Positions 23,966 to 31,600 of a stretch of DNA of 32,000 nt are shown one piece after another (the first letter of the stretch is position 1; each line of letters begins with the position of its first letter). The DNA is from Horticoccus luteus (GTDB lineage: Bacteria; Verrucomicrobiota; Verrucomicrobiia; Opitutales; Opitutaceae). The stretch covers positions 960,001-992,000 of the forward strand of contig NZ_CP080507.1 in NCBI RefSeq assembly GCF_019464535.1. The letters run 5' to 3'. A program made the translations under genes and the position numbers. The notes beneath the pieces are model-generated. The model was not told the DNA's origin. It made no database searches and worked only from the letters and a program-made list of their open reading frames with translations.

Positions 23966-26900
23966 TCAGGCGCGAGTGCGCGGTGGGAAGGCGAGGGAGA
24001 AGTCTTCGTGTTCGGCTGTGAGATTGGGGTTGTAGGCTGGATCGGCATCGAGGACCTCCGCCCACTGCGCGCGCATGTAGGCGACTTCGCGGGCGAACCG
24101 GGCTTGTTTCTCCGGCGTGTCTTCGAGTCCACGCGTGGCCGACTCGTGGTGATAGAGCTCGGCAAAAGGCGTCCAGAGATTGCGATAGCCGGCGGCCTGC
24201 ACGCGGAGGCAAAGATCGACGTCGTTGAACGCCACGGGGAGGTCGGTCTCGTTGAAGCCGCCGACCTCATCGAAAACGGCGCGACGCATCACCATGCAGG
24301 CCGCGGTGACGGCCGAGTAATTTTGCACGAGACGCAGGCGGGCGCGTTGCCCCTCACTGCCGCGCGTTGCGCACTTGAAGGCGTGTCCCGCGACGCTCGG
24401 TGTGCCGGGCCGGCCGCCGACGCCGAGCACGATCCCGGCGTGTTGTATGGTATCATCCGGATAATAAAGCATCGCACCAACACAGCCGATTTCAGGGCGC
24501 ACGGCGTGGGAAACCATTTCGTCGAGCCAGTCGGGGGAGATGATTTCGATGTCGTTGTTGAGAAACGCGAGGAGTTCGCCGTGTGCGGCGCGGACGGCGG
24601 TGTTGTTAACCGCCGAGTAGTTGAACGGGGCGTCGTAATCGAGCACAGTCACGCCGGCGGTGCGGAGCTCGTCGAAATAGCGGAGCGTCGCCGGATCGTC
24701 GGAGCGATTGTTGACGACGATGACCTCGTAGTGGGGATAGCTTGTTTTGGCGAAGAGCGAGGAGAGGCAGAGGCGGAGGAGCGGTTCGCCGTTGCGAGTC
24801 GGCACGATGATCGAAACGCGTGGGGCGGGCTTGGGCACCGGACGGCGGAGCCGCCAATAATGGCCGCCGATGGGCTCGAGGGCGGCGTCGAGTCCGCGGG
24901 CGGAGCAGTGATCAACGAGGGCGCGTCGCGCGGCTTCAAATGCGTAGTTTTTTTCTCCGGTTTGGAGAGCGGTCGAACCGGCGATCGCGCGCCAATGATA
25001 GAGAATGCGCGGCACGTGGTGGATTTGCGCGGGCGTGAGTTCGGCGGTCGCGCGCAGCGTGAGGTCCCAATCTTGCGAACCTTCGTAGCCTTCGCGAAAT
25101 CCGCCGATCGAGCGAAGAAGAGCCGTGCGAAACACCGACAGGTGGCAGGTGTAATTCTGGCCGAGCAACAAATCGGGATTCCAGCCGGGCTTGAAATACG
25201 GGTCGAACCGTCGGCCGTCTTCGTCGATTTTATCCTCATCGGAATACAAAAACGCGAGGTTGGGACAGGCGGCCACCGCAAGGGCGATTTCGGCGAGAGC
25301 TGACGGCGCGAGCTCATCGTCGTGATCGAGGAGCGCAACATAGTCTCCGGTTGCGAGGGCCAGAGCGGAATTCGAGGCGGCGGAGATATGGCCGTTCTGC
25401 TCGCGAAATGTGAGCGCGATGCGTTCGTCTTCCCGGGCAGCTTGCTCGAGGAGTGAGCGCACATGGGGCGCAGTGGAAGCATCGTCGGCGATGCATAGCT
25501 GCCAGTGCGGATAAATTTGCTGACGCACGGACTTGATCGCCCGGCGAAGCCAAGGCTCGGGCGTGTTGTAGGTTGGCAGCAGGACGGAAATGACGAGAGG
25601 TTGGGGCGGCGGTGCTGCGTCGAGTCGGGCGCGCAGGGCGGCATCGGCTTCGCCGGCGGAATCAAACCGCCGCACCCACGTGGCGTAATCGCGGCGCAGG
25701 AGCGTTTCCTCCACGGTGCTGATGACGGCGCGGGTCGCGTGGAAACACGTCCAGCGGCCGTCCTCGCCGAGCGCTTCGAGAATCATGTCGGGCGTCGACT
25801 GAGGCGGGAGAGTGTAGGTGACGGAAAAGCCGCTGCGGCGAGCTGCGGCCAGGTGCGGGAAGGCCGCGCCGACGTCGGGACGATCTGAGCCGTAGTGAGC
25901 GGAAAAGAGGGCGGACCCGGCGCGCAAGCGCACCGCGACGAGGCGGCGTCCGTGATGGTTCAAAACCCAACCGCGCACCAAGCCGGTGGGAGCGAGGTTC
26001 ATCCAATCGGTCGGCTCATCGATGGCCGACGCGACGTGCGGATCACGCGCGGGCAGGGCGGAGGCGAGAGGCGTTTCGCGGCGCCGGGAATCGAGGAAGC
26101 GTCGGCGCAGCGCGCGCAGTGGCGCGGTTGCCTGCCAAGAGAAAGAGCGTTGCATGAGCTCGATTTTCCGGACTCGAGCGGCGAGTTCTTCGCGTAACGC
26201 GGCGAGATCGTGGCGGGAGCGGTCGAGCGTGCGGCGGTGTTCGGCGCGTTCGGCTTCGGCGGTTGCGGCGCGTTGAGCACTGCGGTCACGATCGGCGCGA
26301 GTCGCGGCGAGCAGCCATTCCAGATTGCGTGTATGCTGGCGGGTGGTTGCGAGCGCGGACTCAAGATTCGCGACGTGATCCTGAGTGGATTGGAGGGCGG
26401 CCTCGATATTGGCGATGTGCTGCTGGGCGGCGTGGAGCGCGGGTTCCAGGTTGGCGATGTGCTGGTGCGCGGTAGTGAGGCCGGTTTCGATATTGTGCAG
26501 GTGTTGCTGCGTGAGCGGCTCGCGCGCACGGAGGGCATCGCGCTCGGTGACGGCCGCGGTCAGTTGTGCGTGCACGTCATGCGTGAGTTCCTGCTGCACG
26601 AGGCGAACGAGCGCTCGTAGCAACGCCCAGTCGTCGGCGGCGGAGGCGGCCGAGGCAGGCGTAAGCGGGGTTTGAAGTTGAGCGGCGAAGAGGTCGATCT
26701 CGCTCGTGCCGGACGTGAGGAGAATGGGCCAAGCGGCGCGCGACGAGCGGTCGAGGCACGTGCGATAGAAGGTGGCGAGCGCGGTGGTGTTTTCCGCCAG
26801 GTCGAAATGGGTCTGCGCAAACCTGCGCGCAGCGGCGCCGAGGGTGCCAGCAAGGGAGGAGGAGGCGAAGACTTCGGCGCACCGCAGGGCGATTTCTTCG

Positions 26901-27913
26901 GCGGTGCCGTCGTGCAGCAACAACGCATCGGCGCCGGCACGGACGAGCAGGCCAATGTTGGTGGCGGGGAGCAGCACGGGTTTCCCCAGCGCAAGAAACT
27001 CCGGCAGTTTGGACGGGAGGCGATAGTCGTTGAACGGGCCTGGAACGCCGGGTTGCACGAGCACATCGGCCAGCGCGAGGAGGCGCGGGAGTTGCTCTTT
27101 GGGCACGAAGCCAAGTTCGAGGGCGAAACTGCGCGTCTCGGGCGAGAGTGAGTCGAGGAAACCAGCGGCGTTGAAGCCGGTGCGGACGAGGCGGGTGGGC
27201 TGGCCGCGGCGATTCAGGAGCGCGACGGCTTCGTAGAGCGCGCGGACTTCGTCTTCGTTGGCGAAGGTGGTGCCGCCCGTGTAAACGATGACTCTTTCGT
27301 CGACCGGCAGCTTCAATTCGGCGCGCAGGGTTTGAGCGGGTGGCTGAGGTTGGTAGAGCTGGAAATCAACGCCGGGCCGCAGGACGTGCAAAGGAATGCC
27401 GGGCGGCACGAACTCGTGCAGACGGGGTTCGATCACGGTCACGCCATCGGCGAGCGCGAGAAACGATTGGTGTCGGAGGGGGTGGGAAAGGTTGTCGGGT
27501 AGGAGCGCAGCAAGGTCCGACGCGTCGGCGGCGCAGAGTGCGGCGAAACTTTTTCCGGTGAAGCGCTCAAGCAGGAAACGCTCGTTGTCCTCGAGGTGGA
27601 TGACGAGGCGCGCGGGGTGCGCGGCGGTGCGTTGGTAGGCGAGGACGAATTTCCGCACGAGTTCGCGCGGCGTCCACGCGTGAATGACGGTGGCGGCCCG
27701 GCCATCAGGGAAAAGTGTGCGGGGTTGCGCGAGGGCGTCGGCGAAGGTGGTCGCGTAAAACCTCGAGGAGTCGACGTGAGAAAGTGTTTCCAGTCCATGC
27801 GGCACGGCGATGGCGCAGGCATGCCCCAAATCCGCCAACACACTCGCGAAACCGCCGATGTGGTTGAGGCTGTTGGTGGTGAAGTCGCCGTAGTTAACGA
27901 AGAGGATGTTCAC
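23966..27913 (-). CDS. Multidomain glycosyltransferase (1315 aa): GT4-like GT-B, coiled coil, unnamed module, GT2, GT2
   Basis: GTG 27913 (MNILFVNYGDF..). GT-B C-lobe motif RLPSKLPEFLALGKPVLLP. Heptad-rich residues about 430-600. GT2-1: VISVLLPTYNTPEPWL..CIADDAS..LLDHDDEL. GT2-2: VSIIVPTRNGEPLL..VIVVNNRSDD..FLNNDIEI. Confidence 0.9.
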   Translation of the reverse strand: MNILFVNYGDFTTNSLNHIGGFASVLADLGHACAIAVPHGLETLSHVDSSRFYATTFADALAQPRTLFPDGRAATVIHAWTPRELVRKFVLAYQRTAAHPARLVIHLEDNERFLLERFTGKSFAALCAADASDLAALLPDNLSHPLRHQSFLALADGVTVIEPRLHEFVPPGIPLHVLRPGVDFQLYQPQPPAQTLRAELKLPVDERVIVYTGGTTFANEDEVRALYEAVALLNRRGQPTRLVRTGFNAAGFLDSLSPETRSFALELGFVPKEQLPRLLALADVLVQPGVPGPFNDYRLPSKLPEFLALGKPVLLPATNIGLLVRAGADALLLHDGTAEEIALRCAEVFASSSLAGTLGAAARRFAQTHFDLAENTTALATFYRTCLDRSSRAAWPILLTSGTSEIDLFAAQLQTPLTPASAASAADDWALLRALVRLVQQELTHDVHAQLTAAVTERDALRAREPLTQQHLHNIETGLTTAHQHIANLEPALHAAQQHIANIEAALQSTQDHVANLESALATTRQHTRNLEWLLAATRADRDRSAQRAATAEAERAEHRRTLDRSRHDLAALREELAARVRKIELMQRSFSWQATAPLRALRRRFLDSRRRETPLASALPARDPHVASAIDEPTDWMNLAPTGLVRGWVLNHHGRRLVAVRLRAGSALFSAHYGSDRPDVGAAFPHLAAARRSGFSVTYTLPPQSTPDMILEALGEDGRWTCFHATRAVISTVEETLLRRDYATWVRRFDSAGEADAALRARLDAAPPPQPLVISVLLPTYNTPEPWLRRAIKSVRQQIYPHWQLCIADDASTAPHVRSLLEQAAREDERIALTFREQNGHISAASNSALALATGDYVALLDHDDELAPSALAEIALAVAACPNLAFLYSDEDKIDEDGRRFDPYFKPGWNPDLLLGQNYTCHLSVFRTALLRSIGGFREGYEGSQDWDLTLRATAELTPAQIHHVPRILYHWRAIAGSTALQTGEKNYAFEAARRALVDHCSARGLDAALEPIGGHYWRLRRPVPKPAPRVSIIVPTRNGEPLLRLCLSSLFAKTSYPHYEVIVVNNRSDDPATLRYFDELRTAGVTVLDYDAPFNYSAVNNTAVRAAHGELLAFLNNDIEIISPDWLDEMVSHAVRPEIGCVGAMLYYPDDTIQHAGIVLGVGGRPGTPSVAGHAFKCATRGSEGQRARLRLVQNYSAVTAACMVMRRAVFDEVGGFNETDLPVAFNDVDLCLRVQAAGYRNLWTPFAELYHHESATRGLEDTPEKQARFAREVAYMRAQWAEVLDADPAYNPNLTAEHEDFSLAFPPRTRA
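26300..26509 (-). repeat. Five imperfect 42-bp tandem repeats encoding 14-residue units (consensus QQHIANLExALxxT) inside the giant glycosyltransferase
   Basis: Units at 26468-26509, 26426-26467, 26384-26425, 26342-26383 and 26300-26341. They encode QQHLHNIETGLTTA, HQHIANLEPALHAA, QQHIANIEAALQST, QDHVANLESALATT and RQHTRNLEWLLAAT. A hand alignment of two units gives 30/42 identical nt. Confidence 0.88.
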
Positions 27914-27949
27914 GCAAACGGTGACTGTGGCGGCGGAGTCGTGAGGGAA

Positions 27950-29131
27950 TCAAGGGCGGAGCGGCGCTGCGGAAGCGGCGGAGATGAAGTGAGCGGCGAG
28001 TTTCGCGGTCTCCCGGGCCAACGAAAAAGTGCGCAAACGAATCTTGCCGGCGCGAACGAGCGCGGTACGCAGCTGAGCGTCGGCGCTGACTTGCTGGAGC
28101 GCGGATGAAATCGAAGCTGTGTCGCTGGGATCGACATAGAGGCACGCATCACCCGCGATCTCAGGAATTGAGGTGGTGCGGGCGGCGATGATGGGGCAGC
28201 GATAAGCCATGGCCTCAAGAAGGGGAATGCCGAAGCCTTCATGCCGGGAAGGATATACGAGGGCGCCGGCTTGGGACCAAAGAGCGGCGAATTGCGGGGT
28301 TGAGAGATGGCCCAGAAAGTGGACTCGGTCGTTCAAGCCGAGTTGGGAGACCAAGAGGCGCAATTGGACTGTGCGTTCATCAGGATGGCCGGTGAAGACG
28401 AGCGGCCATGCGGCGCTTTTGGAAAGAGCGACGTAGCCACGATAGGCGAGGAGGAGAACCTCGTGATTTTTGTGCGGCCAAAAATTGGCGGGATAGAAAA
28501 AAAACGGCTTCGCGACGGGGGAAGACTCAGCCTTGACCACGTGGTCGGGCCTCAGACGTTGATGCACCGGGATGTGCGTGACGAAGCATCGCTCGGCCGG
28601 GATGTGGTAGTGATACTGGAGTCGCTCCGCCGTATAGTGGGAGATGCACTGGAAGAACGTTGCTTGGGCAGCGATGGTCGAGAACCACTCGTGGCGGTAA
28701 TTAACTTCTTCGACGGGGAGTGCCGCGGGCAGGTCCTTGTGCAGTAGATCGACGATCAGGTTGATAGATGGCAGTCCCGTTCGCGACAAATTGGAACGAC
28801 CGAAGACAGCATACAGCACATCGATCGCCGGCGGAATGGAGGTAGGGTGAGCAAGTTCGTCGTGCGACCGCAGAATCGGAGCGATTTCGGGGGCGAGCTC
28901 GGGCGAGGCGAAGAAGACGAATTTCAATCTGCGCCCTTGCGCGCGGCCAATCTCGCCGAGAAAGGAAAAGACGAGCGGCTTCACGCCGCCGTTGGCTCCG
29001 CCGGGCTGCATGAGAAGCAGGTCGACCCCGACGGTGATGGGGCGCGGCGCGTCACCGCACAGCCAGCGTTTAATTCGGTGGGCGAGCGATCTCGATGACG
29101 ATGAAAACACGGGACCCGACGAAGCGGACAT
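27950..29131 (-). CDS. GT4-family (GT-B) glycosyltransferase
   Basis: ATG 29131. C-terminal lobe ..ALVYPSRHEGFGIPLLEAMAYRCPIIAARTTSIPEIAGDA.. is the GT4 E-x7-E region. Confidence 0.9.
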   Translation of the reverse strand: MSASSGPVFSSSSRSLAHRIKRWLCGDAPRPITVGVDLLLMQPGGANGGVKPLVFSFLGEIGRAQGRRLKFVFFASPELAPEIAPILRSHDELAHPTSIPPAIDVLYAVFGRSNLSRTGLPSINLIVDLLHKDLPAALPVEEVNYRHEWFSTIAAQATFFQCISHYTAERLQYHYHIPAERCFVTHIPVHQRLRPDHVVKAESSPVAKPFFFYPANFWPHKNHEVLLLAYRGYVALSKSAAWPLVFTGHPDERTVQLRLLVSQLGLNDRVHFLGHLSTPQFAALWSQAGALVYPSRHEGFGIPLLEAMAYRCPIIAARTTSIPEIAGDACLYVDPSDTASISSALQQVSADAQLRTALVRAGKIRLRTFSLARETAKLAAHFISAASAAPLRP

Positions 29132-29171
29132 GGCGGATGACCTTGTGGTTGCCCCGCAGGATTGTCGACGT

Positions 29172-29184
29172 CGTGGTTACCACG
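29172..29184. promoter_or_regulatory. 13-bp palindrome CGTGGT-T-ACCACG in the 109-nt divergent intergenic region (candidate operator)
   Basis: Read directly. It lies between the divergent starts of the GT4 gene (29131, -) and the GT2 gene (29241, +). GTCGAC and GACGTC palindromes are adjacent. Confidence 0.3.
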
Positions 29185-29240
29185 GACAAACGAAACAAGG
29201 CTGACTTGTGGCCGAATGCGCGTTGGATCGGTCGCGCTGC

Positions 29241-30116
29241 ATGCCTGCACTGCCCCGCGTCTCCATCATCACACCGTCTCTCAATCAGGAGGCATTTCTT
29301 CGCGCCTGCATTGATAGCGTGTTGGCGCAGGACTATCCCGCGATCGATTTTTTTGTCGCCGACGGCGGTTCGAGCGACGGTTCAATCGATGTTCTCAAGA
29401 GTTATGGATCGCGGGTAAGCTGGCGGAGTGAGCGAGATGGCGGGCAGGCGCAGGCGATCAATGCTGGGCTACAGCGGACGATGGGTGAGATCGTTTGCTA
29501 CGTAAACAGCGACGATCTTTTGCGGCCCGGAGCGGTCCGCGGCGCGGCGAGCGCACTGCTTGCGCATCCGGATGTTGATGTTGTTTATGGCGATACTGCC
29601 ATCATCGATGAACAGGGGCGCTTCTTGCGCAAATACCCGACAGAGGATTTCGATGGCGGACGCTTAATCGAACACTGTTTCATTTCTCAACCAGCTGCAT
29701 TCTGGCGACGATCGCTACATGAACGCTGCGGCTATTTCGACCCGCGTTTCGACCACACGTTGGATTACGAGTTTTGGATTCGAGCGCTGCGCTGCGGAGC
29801 TAAATTTCTACATGTGCCCGAGGAATGGGCGGCGGCCAGGGAACATGCCGGAGCGAAATCGCAGCGGCTGCGAGGGGAGATCTTTCGACAAATCCGAGAT
29901 CTGCAGTTGCGCCACCTAGGCTACTGCGATCGCAACTGGTGGGAGCAGTATCTGCGGTATCTCAGAGACGAGCGAGGCGGCGTGTGGCGAGGATTGCCAG
30001 GAGCCCGCGAGCGGCGACTGTGGCGGTTGGCGTGGTGGCCATGGCGCTTGTGGCGCAGCCGAAAGCGACCTAGGGCGGAGGCTAGCTTCGCGCACCGATC
30101 CACACGCCAAGTATGA
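29241..30116 (+). CDS. GT2-family glycosyltransferase with Trp/Arg-rich C-terminal tail
   Basis: ATG 29241 (MPALPRVSIITPSLNQEAFLRACIDSVLAQDYP..FVADGGSSDGS...NAG......YVNSDDLL); the track start 29208 is GTG. It is the only + strand gene in the locus. Its 3' end overlaps the convergent gene by 35 nt. Confidence 0.87.
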   Translation: MPALPRVSIITPSLNQEAFLRACIDSVLAQDYPAIDFFVADGGSSDGSIDVLKSYGSRVSWRSERDGGQAQAINAGLQRTMGEIVCYVNSDDLLRPGAVRGAASALLAHPDVDVVYGDTAIIDEQGRFLRKYPTEDFDGGRLIEHCFISQPAAFWRRSLHERCGYFDPRFDHTLDYEFWIRALRCGAKFLHVPEEWAAAREHAGAKSQRLRGEIFRQIRDLQLRHLGYCDRNWWEQYLRYLRDERGGVWRGLPGARERRLWRLAWWPWRLWRSRKRPRAEASFAHRSTRQV

Positions 30117-30462
30117 CAAGAGCCACGCCCAGCCACTGATGGATCTGCACGCGTTCACCGAGAAGAAGTGGCGTGAGAGCCAGAGTTAGCACGATCGCCA
30201 GACTCATGAAGGGGTAGGCAAAACTAAGATCAGCGCGCGAAACGGCGGCCATCCATGTGAGGGCAGCGGCCCCCGCACACGCAAGGCCGAGCACTACAAG
30301 AGGATTACTGAGCGCTTGTATAAGATGAGCCGTCCATCCTTCAGCGCCGCTCCCGAAACTGCCGATCTTCATCATGCCTTTCTTGAGAAGAAGCTGGCCT
30401 GAGACGGTGAAAAAAACGGTGAGGAGGATAAACCCAACCCCAGAGGCATTAGTCGACTTCAC
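30082..30462 (-). CDS. ArnE/ArnF-like small 4-TM DMT/SMR-type protein (candidate lipid-linked amino-sugar flippase)
   Basis: TVSGQLLLKKG and AYPFMSLAIVLTLALTPLLLGERVQIHQWLGVALVILGVWI parallel E. coli ArnE (SVAGQLCQKQA; AYPMLSLNFVWVTLAA..L..E.VSPRHWCGVAFIIGGIVIL), recalled from memory. The GTG 30462 start lies 1 nt after the wecE stop. ATG 30513 is the alternative and would overlap wecE by 50 nt. Confidence 0.72.
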   Translation of the reverse strand: MKSTNASGVGFILLTVFFTVSGQLLLKKGMMKIGSFGSGAEGWTAHLIQALSNPLVVLGLACAGAAALTWMAAVSRADLSFAYPFMSLAIVLTLALTPLLLGERVQIHQWLGVALVILGVWIGARS

Positions 30463-30463
30463 G

Positions 30464-31600
30464 TTAGACGATGAATTGCTGGATACATTCGATGACCCGC
30501 GCCTGATCTTCATCAGAAAGCGTATTGTAAAAAGGCAGGCGGACGAGACGGTCGCTGACGTCTTCGGTCACGGGGCATTGCCCTGGCTTGAAATCCCAGC
30601 GGCGGGCGTATTCGGAGAGATGCAAGGGGAGATAGTGAAAGACAGCCGAAATTTGCCGCTCTTTAAGGTGGGCGAGGAATCGCGTTCGTGCTGCAGCTGT
30701 GGGCATGAGGAGATAGTACATATGCCAGGCCTGTTCGCAATGTGGAGGAATGAAGGGACGTCGCACATCATTGTGGGCAGCCCAAGATGTGAGCGCTTCG
30801 TCATAGCGAAGCCACTTGTCACGCCGGTTGCTTTGGATAGTATCCCAACATTGGAGTTGGCCGAATAAAAAGGCGGCGAGCACGTCGCTCATCACGTAAC
30901 TACTGCCAATGTCCACCCACGAGTATTTATCGATCTGGCCGCGAAAGAATCTCGCTCGATTGGTGCCTTTCTCGCGAATGATTTCCGCACGCTCAATCAA
31001 TGCCCGATCGTTGATGAGAAGCGCGCCTCCTTCGCCGCAGGTGATGTTTTTCGTTTCGTGAAAACTTTGCGTCGCAAGATCGCCGAGGGTGCCCAGCCAG
31101 CGTCCGCGATAGCGGCCGAACAAACCGTGCGCGTTGTCTTCCACCACGGCGGCGCCGTGGTGACGCGCGAGAGCCAGCAAGGGGTCCATTTCGCACGCGA
31201 CGCCTGCGTAGTGCACCGGAACGAGCGCCTTGGTTTTTGACGAGAAGAGTGCACCGACTTTGCTTTCATCGATATTGAGCGTATCTGGCCGAATATCGCA
31301 AAAGACGGGCCGCGCTCCGCGGAGCACAAAGGCGTTGACCGTCGAGACAAACGTGAACGCCGGGATGATCACTTCGTCACCGGGTTGGAAGTCGAGCAAG
31401 AGGGCGGACATTTCCAACGCATGAGTGCATGAGGTGGTGACGAGGGCGCGGGGAATGCCCAAGGTGCCTTCGAGCAATTGCTGGCATCGCCGGGAAAAGG
31501 TCTGATCGCCGGCGATCTGTCCGCTCGAAATGGATTGGAAAATAAATTCTAGCTCCCGTCCTTGGAGCGAGGAGCGGTTGAACGGAACAGGGGCGTTCAT
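30464..31600 (-). CDS. wecE: dTDP-4-amino-4,6-dideoxygalactose transaminase-like (DegT/DnrJ/EryC1 family, WecE type)
   Basis: Long colinear matches to E. coli WecE from memory: FSRRCQQLLE, TSCTHALEMSALLLD.QPGDEVI.P.FTFVST.NAFVLRGA, PVHYAGVACEMD, SFHETKN, LINDRALIERAEIIREKGTNR..FFRGQ.DKY.W.DIGSSY.MSD, VFHY.PLH. ATG 31600 overlaps the upstream stop (ATGA). Confidence 0.9.
   Translation of the reverse strand: MNAPVPFNRSSLQGRELEFIFQSISSGQIAGDQTFSRRCQQLLEGTLGIPRALVTTSCTHALEMSALLLDFQPGDEVIIPAFTFVSTVNAFVLRGARPVFCDIRPDTLNIDESKVGALFSSKTKALVPVHYAGVACEMDPLLALARHHGAAVVEDNAHGLFGRYRGRWLGTLGDLATQSFHETKNITCGEGGALLINDRALIERAEIIREKGTNRARFFRGQIDKYSWVDIGSSYVMSDVLAAFLFGQLQCWDTIQSNRRDKWLRYDEALTSWAAHNDVRRPFIPPHCEQAWHMYYLLMPTAAARTRFLAHLKERQISAVFHYLPLHLSEYARRWDFKPGQCPVTEDVSDRLVRLPFYNTLSDEDQARVIECIQQFIV

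Noticed and set aside
21336-25303. Large + strand ORFs (326 aa at 21336-22316; 431 aa at 24008-25303) inside the glycan locus
   Set aside because: They are antisense to the 633-aa membrane protein and to the two GT2 modules of the giant glycosyltransferase. The translations are Arg/Gly/Ala-rich without domain signatures.
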